64,000 nt of DNA, taken from Vulcanimicrobiota bacterium (GTDB taxonomy: Bacteria; Vulcanimicrobiota; Vulcanimicrobiia; Vulcanimicrobiales; Vulcanimicrobiaceae). The notes beneath the pieces were generated by a model. The model did not search any database and was not told where the DNA came from. It worked only from the letters and a program-made list of their open reading frames with translations. The position numbers and the translations under genes were made by a program. The stretch is taken from positions 2,400,001 through 2,464,000 of the forward strand of contig OY970223.1 of the NCBI GenBank assembly GCA_963714015.1. Direction: 5' to 3'. The stretch's first letter is position 1; each line of letters opens with the position of its first letter. Shown here piece by piece: positions 33,573 through 44,363 of this stretch.

Positions 33573-34192
33573 TTTGCCGCGAGAGCCTTCTGCCGGTAAA
33601 TCTCGGCGAGCAACGTTTCGGAATCGTCGATTCGCGGCGCCGCCTCGAGCGTAGCGCGAATCATCTGCTCCGCTTCAGGCCGTTTGTATTCGAGCTGGAG
33701 CAGTACCGCGAGCGCTTCGTCCGCAAAATCGGGCATCTGCGCCTGCGGCGCCGGCTGCGCCTCTTGAATCAGTAAGAACTTAGCCACTTTTCCCTGGAGC
33801 TTCGCCACGATGTCCCGGGCTTTCTGCTGGCCGATACCCGGAAGACTCTTCAAGTACGTATGGTCGCCCCGGTCGATTGCGCCCGCGATGTGAGACATCG
33901 GACGCGAAAACGCGCGCGCCGCCGAACGAGGACCGATGCTGGCGACGCTTATCAGGGCCTCGAAAAACTCGCGCTCGATGGGATTGCCGAAACCGTAGAA
34001 CGTGTAGTGACCGGCGTTTCCTTCGATATTGAGCACCGCGTAGATCTCGAGCGCCACTTCGGTGCCGATTTGCGCATCGATCTTCTCGGCGACGCATGCA
34101 GGCAGAAATATTTCGTACGCGAGTCCTTGTACGTCGAGGACGACGCTGCAGTCGCCGCGTTCGACCAATTTGCCGCGGATTCGCGAGAACAT
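33569..34192 (-). CDS. ruvA: RuvA
   Basis: [12 protein letters not shown], HhH motifs VASIGPRSA and LPGIGQQKA. Confidence 0.93.
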   Translation of the reverse strand: MFSRIRGKLVERGDCSVVLDVQGLAYEIFLPACVAEKIDAQIGTEVALEIYAVLNIEGNAGHYTFYGFGNPIEREFFEALISVASIGPRSAARAFSRPMSHIAGAIDRGDHTYLKSLPGIGQQKARDIVAKLQGKVAKFLLIQEAQPAPQAQMPDFADEALAVLLQLEYKRPEAEQMIRATLEAAPRIDDSETLLAEIYRQKALAAK

Positions 34193-34695
34193 CAGCGGCC
34201 GTTCCGGCTTGCGTACGCGAGCGCCAGCGCCAGCGCGTCGGAGACGTCGTTGGGCTGCGGGCGTTTGCGAAGACCCAGCAGCTGCGTCACCATGCGATTG
34301 ACCTGTTCTTTTCGCGCCGCGCCGGACCCGACGAGCGCGCGCTTCACCAGCGAATGTGCCAGTGTATGAACGGCAACGCCGTGCTGCGCGCCGGCTAAAC
34401 AGAGAACGCCGCGCGCGTGCCCCATCATAATTGCGGTGCGCGGGTTCTTGTACGTCGTGTAGAGTTCTTCCACGACCATGATCGCGGGACGGTGTGCCGT
34501 CACGACCGCCGTCAGGCCCGAATGGAGTTCGCGCAGCCGTTCTTCCAGCGTCCCGCGGGTGCGCGGAGCAATGATTCCCGCTTCAACGAGCCGCGCTCGA
34601 CCCGCCTGGAGTTCGACGACGCCGTAACCGGTGACGCGTAGGCCGGGATCGACTCCAAGGATTCTGCCGTTTTGTGCTTTTCCGTTCGCCGTCAC
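34192..34695 (-). CDS. ruvC: RuvC resolvase
   Basis: ILGVDPGLRVTGYG, VVEE, GHARGV, DVSDALALA. Confidence 0.95.
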   Translation of the reverse strand: MTANGKAQNGRILGVDPGLRVTGYGVVELQAGRARLVEAGIIAPRTRGTLEERLRELHSGLTAVVTAHRPAIMVVEELYTTYKNPRTAIMMGHARGVLCLAGAQHGVAVHTLAHSLVKRALVGSGAARKEQVNRMVTQLLGLRKRPQPNDVSDALALALAYASRNGR

Positions 34696-36761
34696 GGTTG
34701 CGCCGGCTGCGAGCTCGGACTGTTGTAGTAAATGTTGACCGGCGTTCCGAGCCGCGCTTCGGTTCCGACGTCCGGTTCCGTGCGAACGACGTTGCCGTCC
34801 GCGCCTTCGGCCGTCGGCACGAGATTGCCGATGGTGTAGCCGTGATTCAGCAGCACCTTCTTCGCGTCGTCGATCGACAGGCCGTTCGTATCGGGAATGG
34901 CGTTGTAGACGGAGTAGACGAGCTTGACGGTCGCGCCTTTTTCGGCCGGCGTATCGGCCGGAGGCGATTCGCTGATCACTTGCCCGCTGTCATTCGCCGA
35001 CGCTTGCGGATTGACGGCATACTCGGTATCGACGGTAAAACCGGCCTGCTGCAGCGCTTGCGTAGCCGTTACGAAATCGTCGCCGATGATATTCGGTACT
35101 TGTGCCAAGCCGCCGCCTGCACTGACCACCACGTTGACGACCCCCGATGCGGGAATGGTCCGGCCGGGCTGCGGATCTTGGGTCGCGATAACGTCCGGCG
35201 GAACGTTGCTCATGGTCGCCTTGGTTTGCGCAATCGTGAACCCTTCGCGACCGGCAATCGCCGTGGCGTCCTCCAGGGTCTTGCCGACAAGATTCGGGAC
35301 TTGAATCGGCGCCGGCCCGTTAGAGACAACGAGCGTGACGCTCGATCCTTCCCGTACTTTGGAGCCGGGAGCGGGCGACTCGCTCACCACGGTGTCTTTG
35401 GGCGATCGATCGTACCTGCGCGTTACCTTGACCTGCAGGTGCTGAGCGCTCAGATCTCGCTGCGCATCCCCCAGCGTGTAGCTGGTAAAATCGTTGAGCT
35501 CGAGGCTCGGCAATCCGGTGCTTACGTCGAGTACGACCGTGCCGCCCTTTTCGAGCCGGCTGCCGGGAGGCGGATTCTGTTGCGCGACGCGATTGTCGGG
35601 CACGGTCGAACTGGCGCCGCGGACGATTTTGTAGTTCAGTCCGGCGTTCACTATTGTTTCCTGCGCCTGTGCGTCGGTCATACCTACGTAATTGTCCAAG
35701 GTGATCCGAGGCTGTGAAGGCGGCCGCGTCGCAAAGTACCCCGCCGCCGCCGCAATGATCGCGGCGATCACCAGCAGCACGAAGATCGGTCCCATCGATC
35801 GCTGCGGCCGCTCTTCTTCGTCGACGATCGCCGTGGGGGTATCCGGCATGCGCGAGGGACGGGGCGGCGGAGCCGGTATTGCCTGCATCGTCTGCGTCGC
35901 CGAATCGTCTTGTTGCGCGTAAGCCGCCACGGTCGGGCGCTCGCGCGCTTCGCGCAGCGCCGAAGCCACTTCACTGGCCGAGTGAAACCGATGTTCCGGC
36001 TGCTTTTGCAGTAGACGGTTCACGATTGCGGCAAGCGCCGGACTCACGCCGCTCTCGGCCGGATCCATCACGGGAACCGGATCGGAGACGTGCTTGAGCG
36101 CGACGGTTACGGGCGACTCTCCGGTGTACGGCAACCTTCCGGCCAGCATTTGGTACAGCACGACGCCGATGCTGTACAGATCGGACGTTTCGTGAAGTTC
36201 CAGGCCCTGCGCTTGCTCGGGCGAGAGGTAGTAGACGCTGCCCATTACAAGACCCGGGCGCGTCATCGCCATCGTCTGCTGCGACATCGCCCGCGCGATG
36301 CCGAAATCGGAGAGCTTGACTACGTCGTCCTTGGTTATCAGAATGTTGGCCGGCTTGATATCGCGGTGCAGCAGTCCTTGCCGGTGCGCGTACGCCAAAC
36401 CGTTGCAGATTTGCGCGGCGTAGTCGATCGCTACCGGTTCGGGGAGCTTGCCGTCTGCGGCGATGATCTCGGCGAGCGATGGGCCGTCCACCAGTTCCAT
36501 GACGATGTAGTACGTTTCACCCTCCCGTCCCACGTCGTACGTGTTGACGATGTTGGGATGGGAGAGCCGGGCGGCGGACTCCGCTTCCTGATAGAAGCGC
36601 CGAACGAACTCTTCGTCCGAGGCGTATTGCGCGCGCAGCACCTTGATCGCGACGCGCCGGCGCAGCAGCGTATCGGTTCCGCAATACACCGTCGCCATAC
36701 CGCCCTCGCCAAGCTTGTTATCGAGCCGGTAGCGGTTGTTGAAAATATGCTGCTCGATCAT
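34692..36761 (-). CDS. pknB: Ser/Thr kinase with PASTA repeats (PknB/Stk1)
   Basis: GEGGMATVY, HRDIKPANIL, DFGIA, TM helix, several PASTA repeats. Confidence 0.94.
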   Translation of the reverse strand: MIEQHIFNNRYRLDNKLGEGGMATVYCGTDTLLRRRVAIKVLRAQYASDEEFVRRFYQEAESAARLSHPNIVNTYDVGREGETYYIVMELVDGPSLAEIIAADGKLPEPVAIDYAAQICNGLAYAHRQGLLHRDIKPANILITKDDVVKLSDFGIARAMSQQTMAMTRPGLVMGSVYYLSPEQAQGLELHETSDLYSIGVVLYQMLAGRLPYTGESPVTVALKHVSDPVPVMDPAESGVSPALAAIVNRLLQKQPEHRFHSASEVASALREARERPTVAAYAQQDDSATQTMQAIPAPPPRPSRMPDTPTAIVDEEERPQRSMGPIFVLLVIAAIIAAAAGYFATRPPSQPRITLDNYVGMTDAQAQETIVNAGLNYKIVRGASSTVPDNRVAQQNPPPGSRLEKGGTVVLDVSTGLPSLELNDFTSYTLGDAQRDLSAQHLQVKVTRRYDRSPKDTVVSESPAPGSKVREGSSVTLVVSNGPAPIQVPNLVGKTLEDATAIAGREGFTIAQTKATMSNVPPDVIATQDPQPGRTIPASGVVNVVVSAGGGLAQVPNIIGDDFVTATQALQQAGFTVDTEYAVNPQASANDSGQVISESPPADTPAEKGATVKLVYSVYNAIPDTNGLSIDDAKKVLLNHGYTIGNLVPTAEGADGNVVRTEPDVGTEARLGTPVNIYYNSPSSQPAQP

Positions 36762-37148
36762 TTGAAAAGGCGCTCCGGCCTAGCCTGCGCGCCCCCCAAC
36801 TGCGTTGGGGCCCCCACGACTTCATGGCGCGTAATGCCGGTCGCAAACGATCGCCTCCCCGAGGGCGCCGCCAAAATTTCGGTCATCCGTTTGAAAAGGC
36901 GCTCCGGCCTAGCCTGCGCGCCCCCCAACTGCGTTGGGGCCCCCACGACTTCATGGCGCGTAATGCCGGTCGCAAACGATCGCCTCCCCGAGGGCGCCGC
37001 CAAAATTTCGTCATCCTTTTGAAAAGGCGCTCCGGCCTAGCCTGCGCGCCCCCCAACTGCGTTGGGGCCCCCACGACCTCATGGCGCGTAATGCCGGTCG
37101 CAAACGATCGCCTCCCCGAGGGCGCCGCCAAAATTTCGCTCATCCTTT
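36761..37148. repeat. Three tandem ~129-bp palindromic units
   Basis: Units start TTTGAAAAGGCGCTCCGG at 36761, 36890 and 37018; near-identical; internal hairpin CCCCAAC-tgc-GTTGGGG. Confidence 0.97.
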
Positions 37149-38546
37149 TACGTCTTCCAAGGCCGTCCTTAGCACGTCTTTGGCGATCGGAAGGGCAACG
37201 GCGGCGCCGTAACCGGCGTTTTCGACGACGACCGCAACCGCGACCCGAGGATGCTCCGCGGGCGCAAAGCAAACGAACCAGGAATGGGCGGCGCCAAGCG
37301 GATTGGTAGCCGTTCCCGTTTTTCCCGCCACCGTTATGCCGGGCAATCGCGCGCCCGTTCCGGTGCCGTATTGCACCACTGCAATCATCATCTTCTTCAC
37401 GTTCTCGGCCGTATCCGCCGACGCGGGATTCGCAAGCTCGCTTGCCCCGTAGCTGCTGGAAGCGCCGCCCGGCCAAACCACTTTGCGAACTACGTACGGA
37501 CGCGGCTCGGTTCCGTCATCGGCGATAGTCGAGGCGATCAGCGCCATCTGCAGCGGGGTCATCAAGAGCGCCCCTTGTCCAAAACCCATTTGGGCAAGCT
37601 CGCCCGGTACGATAGAAGATTGGGCAGGGACACGATCCCGTGAGGCAGGCAACTGGAAATCGAGGGATTGACCGATGCCCCAGCGATCCATGTACCGGTA
37701 AAACGTGTCCGTGCCCATCTTCAGCGCGATCTGTCCGAAATCGACATTGCTCGAGAGGGCAAAAGCCCCCGTAATATCCTGCGTTCCGGTCGCCTCGCTC
37801 TCGTCATCGTGCAGCGTAAAGTCCCCGATGACGTAATACCCGGGGTCGTACCACGTAGAATCCATGCTGACCGCGCCCGAGTCGAGCGCCGCCGTTGCCG
37901 TGAAGATCTTGAACGTCGATCCGGGCGGATAGAGTCCGTTGATGCTGCGGTTGAGCAGCGGACTGCTTTGATTTTGCGTGAGCGAGGGAAACTCCGCGAC
38001 CAGATCGTTGGGGTCGAAGCTCGGCACACTGGCCATGGCCAGGACTTCGCCGCTGCGCGGATCCAGCACGACGCCGGCGCCGCGCGCGTGCTCCGACAGA
38101 TCGGAGAACAGCTCGTTTTGAATTGCCGGGTCGATGGTCGTTACCACGTCGGCGCCTTGCGCGACGGAGCTTTTCCCCGAAAATGCCTCCACTATCTGAC
38201 TGAGCTGCGCGATCAGGCTGCCGGTTGTGTCCGGCGGCGTGAGCGCACTGTCATAAGCGTCTTCCAGGCCGCTCGTGCCGTAGCGCGCCGAAACGTAACC
38301 GACGGTTTGCGCGAGCGCCGGTCCGAGCGGGTACTCCCGTCGATCGCCGACCGTTTGCGCGAGAACCGTACCGTCACTTGCGAGAATTCGGCCGCGATGC
38401 GCGCTCATCAACGCGTGACGCGGATTATAGGGCTTGGCCGCAATGGATGGACCTTCGATCACCTGCACGTAAAACTGACGCACGCACAAAATCGCGAAGA
38501 GCACCGCAAAAAGGATCTTCAAATGTTCCGCGGTTCGGGAGCTCAT
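37140..38546 (-). CDS. Class B penicillin-binding transpeptidase (PbpA-like)
   Basis: PGSTFK (SxxK), SSN (SxN), KTGTA; N-terminal TM. Confidence 0.93.
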   Translation of the reverse strand: MSSRTAEHLKILFAVLFAILCVRQFYVQVIEGPSIAAKPYNPRHALMSAHRGRILASDGTVLAQTVGDRREYPLGPALAQTVGYVSARYGTSGLEDAYDSALTPPDTTGSLIAQLSQIVEAFSGKSSVAQGADVVTTIDPAIQNELFSDLSEHARGAGVVLDPRSGEVLAMASVPSFDPNDLVAEFPSLTQNQSSPLLNRSINGLYPPGSTFKIFTATAALDSGAVSMDSTWYDPGYYVIGDFTLHDDESEATGTQDITGAFALSSNVDFGQIALKMGTDTFYRYMDRWGIGQSLDFQLPASRDRVPAQSSIVPGELAQMGFGQGALLMTPLQMALIASTIADDGTEPRPYVVRKVVWPGGASSSYGASELANPASADTAENVKKMMIAVVQYGTGTGARLPGITVAGKTGTATNPLGAAHSWFVCFAPAEHPRVAVAVVVENAGYGAAVALPIAKDVLRTALEDVKG

Positions 38547-39229
38547 TTTTCACGCAGGAGCGTGTAACCATCGGCGGTCTTGACCGCAAGGTACGCTCGT
38601 TCGGGCTCGGCGCGCAATATGACGTTGAGCGCATCTCGCGCGACGTCTTCCTTGACGCCGCCGATAACGAGAACCGCGTCCACGCCGGCTTCGTCTAAAA
38701 GAGGCAACGCGACGTACGCAGCCGCCGGGAGTGTATCAAAGTGCCGGTCCTCATACGGTCCGGCGTGCCAGGGCCCCCGCTTGCCGAAGACTTGCTTGTG
38801 ATAATCCCACGCGCACAGCTGACGCTCTTTCCACACGAAGTGATCGCGAACGCAAAGCCGGCGGCACGCACCGCACTGCACGAGAACCTCCGGCGGGTGC
38901 GCGAGCGCCTCGGCGATCTCTTCGGGCAAATCTTCGACGTTCAGTACGCTTGCGTCGTCTAAACTCTCAGGCGGCTCGACGTGCCAGTTGATTCGCGCAA
39001 GCAACTCGACGTCGCGGGCGGGCGCAACGAAGGCCCGCTCGTCGTCGAACGGAAACGTCGCGTCGATCCATTCCAGCAAGTTTGCAAGCGCGACGGTTAC
39101 GTTTTGCCGGCCGCTTCCGGCGACCGTTCCGATCGGCGTCTGAGCGAGCGGAACCAGGTGCGCCGTTACGCTTTCGGCGTCGGAGCGAAGGCTCGTGATG
39201 AAGGCTAGCGTGCTGGCGTTGCCGCCCAA
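38543..39229 (-). CDS. Hypothetical protein with a Cys cluster
   Basis: QCGACRRLC...LCAWDYH; in operon between carB and the PBP gene; TTG start assumed. Confidence 0.65.
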   Translation of the reverse strand: MGGNASTLAFITSLRSDAESVTAHLVPLAQTPIGTVAGSGRQNVTVALANLLEWIDATFPFDDERAFVAPARDVELLARINWHVEPPESLDDASVLNVEDLPEEIAEALAHPPEVLVQCGACRRLCVRDHFVWKERQLCAWDYHKQVFGKRGPWHAGPYEDRHFDTLPAAAYVALPLLDEAGVDAVLVIGGVKEDVARDALNVILRAEPERAYLAVKTADGYTLLREK

Positions 39230-39249
39230 AACGAAAGCGCGCGGAGCGC

Positions 39250-42200
39250 CTAAGTCCTGGCTTGCGCGCATCGGTACTCTTGCAGGGTCCGCGGAGGGCC
39301 GGCCTCCACTTCCAACGCTTCCGCCAGAGCGCGGGCGGTGTCCAGACTGGTCAAACACGCGATATTCGCTTCGACTGCCGCCCGCCGAATCTTGTAGTTG
39401 TCGGAGATCTCGCGCGGGCCTTGCGCGTCATTGACGACCAAGTCGACGGCGCGCTGCGCAATCAAATCGAGCACGTGCGGCGAACCGGCGGCGATTTTAT
39501 TGATGCGTTCGCACGGAATGCCCGCGGACCGCAGCACCTCCTGCGTACCGGACGTGGCTGTCAAGCGATGGCCGAGGCCGACGTAGCGGCGCAACACCGG
39601 GATCGCTGCCTGCTTCTCTTCATCTGCGATCGAAACCAGGATCCGGCCGCCGCTGCTGGGCAGCCGGACGCCGGCGCCGATGAAACCTTTGCGCAGAGCG
39701 CCGCCGAACGTTTCATCGATGCCGAGGACTTCGCCGGTGGACTTCATCTCGGGTCCCAAGATCGTTTCAACGCCGCGCATCTTCGCAAAAGAGAATACGG
39801 GGATCTTCACGACGACGAACGGCGCGCGCGGCGTAAGGCCCGTGCCGTACTGCATCTGAGCGAGTTTTTCACCGAGCGCAATGCGGGTGGCCGCGGCAAC
39901 CAGATTGACCCCCGTGGCTTTTTGAATGATCGGTACCGTGCGGCTCGCGCGCGGGTTTGCCTCGATGATGTAGAGCCGGCCTTCGTGGATCACAAATTGA
40001 ATGTTGATCAGGCCGCGAATGTTCAGCTCGCGCGCAATCGAAGTGGTGACCTCGACGATCCGCTGCTCCATCTCAGGCGCGACGGTCTGGGTCGGATAGA
40101 CGCTGATCGAGTCTCCCGAATGAATCCCCGCGCGCTCGATGTGCTCGAACACGCCGGGAATCAGAATATCGGTTCCGTCGAACGCCGCGTCGACTTCAAC
40201 TTCCAAACCCCGCAAATATTTGTCGACCAGCAGCGGCGCGTCCGGCAGAATCGGCGGGGCGGATTCGGCATACGAGGCCAGCTGGCCCTCGTTGTAAACG
40301 ATTTCCATGCCGCGACCGCCGAGAACGTATGACGGCCTAACCAGCACGGGGAACCCGAGCTCGCGCGCGATAACGCGCGCCTCACGAAACGATCGGGCTG
40401 CTTTTCCCTGTGGACGCGCAACTCCCAGCCGATGAAGCGCCGCGTCGAATTTTTCCCGGTCCTCCGCCATGTCGAGACTGCGCCGGTCGCTTCCGACGAT
40501 GCGCACGTCGCGCCGCGCAAGCTCGTCAGCCAGATTGATCGCGGTTTGGCCGCCGAACGCGAGCATCACGCCGCGCGCCTGCGTCGCCCGGTACGCCGCT
40601 TCCACTTCGTCTGCACCCGGGGGCTCGAAGACCAGCACGTCCGAAATATCGAAGTCCGTCGAGACCGTTTCAGGATTGTTATTGACGACGACCGGCGAGC
40701 AACCCGCCTCGCGAAGCGCCCAGGCGGCGTGCACGCACGAATAATCGAACTCGATGCCCTGGCCGATGCGGATGGGCCCGCTGCCCACGACGACGACGGC
40801 TTCCTTCGACGGCCGGCGCATCTCGTTGCTCTCGTTGCGCGCGATATAGTAGTAGGGCGATTTGGCTGGGAACTCGGCCGCAGCGGTGTCTACCATTCGA
40901 AACGCCACGCCGTTGTGCGCATGGGCGCGTCCCGCGACGCCGGCCGAATACCCGTTCTCTAGGGCTTGCAGCGTGTCGGCGTTCGAGGCGCCGGCGCGAA
41001 TGCGTTCTTCCAGGCTTACGAGTTCTTGAACTCGTAGAGCCAGAAAGGATCGATTGCCGAAAGCTCCACGATCCGCTGGATCGGAATGCCCCTGCGCAGC
41101 CCTTCCGCTACCGCAAAAAGCCGCTCGTGATTGGGTCTTGCAATGACGGCTTCCAATTCCGCGTCGCTCCACTCGGCAAGCGCGCTTCCCGTCAGCGTTT
41201 CGCGTTTGAGATCCAGGCCGCGTACCGCTTTCATCAACGCAGCGCCAAAGGTGCGGCCGATGCCCATGGCCTCGCCCGTAGACTTCATCTGCGTTCCGAG
41301 CGTGGTGTCGGCAAGCGGAAATTTGTCGAACGGCCATCGCGGAATCTTGACGACGACGTAGTCCAGCGTCGGTTCGTAGGCGGCTTTCGTCACGCCCGTA
41401 ACGGGATTCGGAATTTCGTCCAGCGTCTGCCCGAGTGCGATTCGCGTGCTGATTTTGGCGATCGGATAACCGGTGGCTTTGCTTGCCAGCGCGGAACTGC
41501 GAGAGACGCGGGGGTTCACTTCGATGATCCGGTATTCGCTTCGCTCCGGATGCAGCGCGAACTGGATGTTGCAGCCGCCTTCGACGCGCAGCGCGCGAAT
41601 AACGTTCAAACTCGAACTGCGCAGCATCTGGTATTCCAAATCCGAGAGCGTCTGCGATGGCGCTACGACGATCGAATCTCCGGTGTGAACGCCGACGGGA
41701 TCGATGTTCTCCATGTTGCAGACGATGATGCAGTTGTTCGCCGCATCGCGCAGCACTTCGTACTCGATCTCTTTCCAGCCTAAAAGGGAAGTTTCCAACA
41801 GGACTTGATGAATGAGACTCGCCGCGAGTCCCGTTTCCAGCGTTTGAAGCAGTTCCCGCTCGTCATAGACGATGCCGCCGCCTGTTCCACCTAAAGTGTA
41901 CGCGGGGCGGACGACGAGCGGATAGCCGTGATCGGCGGCAAAAGCCAGACCTTCGTCGCTTCGCGTAACGATTGCGCTTTGCGGAACCGGCTCGCCGATC
42001 TCGATCATCTTAGCCTTGAAGCGCTCGCGGTCTTCAGCGAGCTTGATCGTCTCGACCGGAGTCCCCAGCAGCTGCACGCCGTAACGCTCGAGGATGCCCG
42101 CCTCGTGCAACTCGACCGCTAAATTGAGTCCGGTCTGGCCGCCGAGCGTCGGCAGCAGCGCGTCGGGCCGCTCCCGCTCGATGATGCCCTCGAGCGAAGC

Positions 42201-42401
42201 CGTCGTCAGCGGCTCCAGATACACGGCCTCCGCGATCTCGGGATCCGTCATGATCGTCGCCGGGTTCGAGTTGACAAGGATGACGCGGTGACCTTCCTCC
42301 CGCAAGGCACGGCACGCTTGCACGCCGGCATAATCAAATTCTGCGGCTTGGCCTATGACGATGGGGCCCGAGCCGATGACCAGTACGTTGCGGGGGGGCA
42401 T
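39250..42401 (-). CDS. carB: Carbamoyl-phosphate synthase large subunit (frameshift ~41020)
   Basis: [30 protein letters not shown], two ATP-grasp domains, MGS tail. Confidence 0.97.
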
Positions 42402-42619
42402 TCTAGGCCACGTACGTTCCCGGATTCGTCACCTGTAGCCTGTCGAAGACTGCCCGGCATCTAGCCCCGCGGCGGATGATGCCGGGTCACGGGGATATCC
42501 GATATTTTTCGCCCAGCCAGGATGGCTGTTTTACAACTCGTTCTGCGGAAAATGCAGTGAAGCAGCGATTTGACACGACGTCAAATCGCGAGCGGCCCTC
42601 GTGACCCGGCGGTCAACCG

Positions 42620-43595
42620 TTAAGAACGGATCGCCGGTGCCGCGCCGTTCGGAACCGCGATGCTGCGGTACCACTCCACGGTGATGCGCAGGCCGTCTTC
42701 CAAACTGACGATCGGCTCGTACCCGAATGCCTCGCGGGCGGCGGTGATGTCTGCGAGCGAGTCGCGGACGTCGCCGAGGCGATCGCGATCGTAGTGCGGC
42801 GTTCCGGTGAAGCCCGTGATCGGCTTGAGCATTTCGAATAGTTCGTTCAGACTGCGCCGCTCGCCCATAGCCACGTTGAACGTGCGGCCCGCGACTTTTT
42901 CGGACGGTGCCGCAACCGCTTTGAGATTTGCGCTGACGACGTTGTCGACGTACGTGAAATCGCGGCTCTGCTCGCCATCGCCGAAGATAGTCGGCGCCTG
43001 ACCGGCGATCATACCGGTAATGAACTTCGAGAGCACGCCGGAGTATTGACTGCTCGCATCCTGACGCGGGCCGAAGACGTTGAAATAGCGCAGCGAAACC
43101 GTTTCCAATCCGTACACGCAATGAAACGACGCCGCGTAAAGCTCGCCCGTCAACTTCTGAACGGCGTAGGGCGAGAGCGGATTGGCTTTCATCTCTTCCC
43201 GCTTCGGCAGCGTCGCGCGTGTTTCCGTACGCTGAGGAAGACGCCGCATAGATCACGCGGCGAACGCCGGCTTCGCGCGCCGCCAAAAAGACGTTCAACG
43301 TTCCATCGATGTTGGCGCGGTGACTCGTCAGCGGATCGACGACGGACTTCGGCACGGACGGAATCGCCGCCTGATGCAGCACGTAGTCCACGTTCCGGAA
43401 GGCGCGGATCAGCGCGTCGAGATCTTTCAAATCGATCTCTTCGAAGGCGATCGCGTCCCAGTAACCGTCGAGATTCTCGCGCTTGCCGGTCTTGAAATTA
43501 TCGATCGCGCGAACGTCCTCATTGCGCTCGAGCAGGGCGCGGACCAGCGCCGATCCGATGAAGCCGGCCGCGCCGGTCACGAGGTACGTAGCCAT
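42620..43595 (-). CDS. NAD-dependent nucleotide-sugar epimerase (frameshift ~43225)
   Basis: VTGAAGFIG, YAASSSAYG, SPYAVQK, LRYFNVFGPRQ, GDGEQSRDF. Confidence 0.92.
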
Positions 43596-43721
43596 TCTGT
43601 GGAGCGATTGTACCGGCGCTGCCCCGAGGGACTAAAGTGCCGGCCAGGCCCGGGACGCGGGGCCTTGAGGTCCCTGGCTCTTCTCCGCGGCGGTGTCCAG
43701 GCCGGAAACGGGCCGGCCGCG

Positions 43722-44363
43722 TTAAGGCTGGAGGCGGCGCACGCTCCAGCCGCCGCGGGCACGCCGGAACTCGAGCCGGTCGTGCATACGGTTCGGCCGT
43801 CCTTGCCAGAATTCGATCATCTGCGGGCGCAAACGGTAGCCGCCCCACGAATGCGGCCTGGGTATCTCTTCGTCGCCGAACCGCTCCGTGAAGTCGAGCA
43901 TGCGCTGGTCCAGAATCGCGCGGCTCTCCACCGGTTCGCTCTGTTCGGATGCCCACGCGCCCAGTTGATGTCCGCGCGGACGGCCCGCGAAATACGCGTC
44001 CGATTCTTCCTCGGGCAACTTTTGCACGTCGCCTTCGATGCGTACTTGACGCTCGAGCTGCGGCCAAAAAAATACGGCGGCCGCGCGCGGCAAGCGCTCC
44101 AAATTGCGCCCTTTCCGGCTGAAGTAGCTCGTAAAAAACACCAGTCCCTGCTCGTCCAGTCCGCGAAGCAGGACGATTCGTCCGGCGGGATATTCCTCGC
44201 CCATCGTGCACAAACACATCGCGTTCGGTTCGTGCGAACCGGCGTCGTGCGCTTCATGCACCCAAGCCCGCAACTGCTCCGTCGGATTGGCGGAGACGTC
44301 TTCTTCGCGCAGCTCGGTTCGCTCGTAGACGCGGCGCATCGTCGCAATGTCGACGTCGCTCAC
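43722..44363 (-). CDS. pdxH: Pyridoxamine 5'-phosphate oxidase
   Basis: EPNAMCL, RIVLLRG, SRKG, RQVRIEG, EFWQGRPNRMHDR. Confidence 0.95.
   Translation of the reverse strand: MSDVDIATMRRVYERTELREEDVSANPTEQLRAWVHEAHDAGSHEPNAMCLCTMGEEYPAGRIVLLRGLDEQGLVFFTSYFSRKGRNLERLPRAAAVFFWPQLERQVRIEGDVQKLPEEESDAYFAGRPRGHQLGAWASEQSEPVESRAILDQRMLDFTERFGDEEIPRPHSWGGYRLRPQMIEFWQGRPNRMHDRLEFRRARGGWSVRRLQP

Noticed and set aside
36761..37148. CRISPR array
   Set aside because: Units are ~129 bp and contiguous with no unique spacers; no cas genes nearby
43610..43722. SRP RNA (CCAGGCCGGAAACGG resembles helix 8)
   Set aside because: The conserved AGCAG strand is replaced by GCCGG; more likely GC-rich hairpins after the pdxH stop
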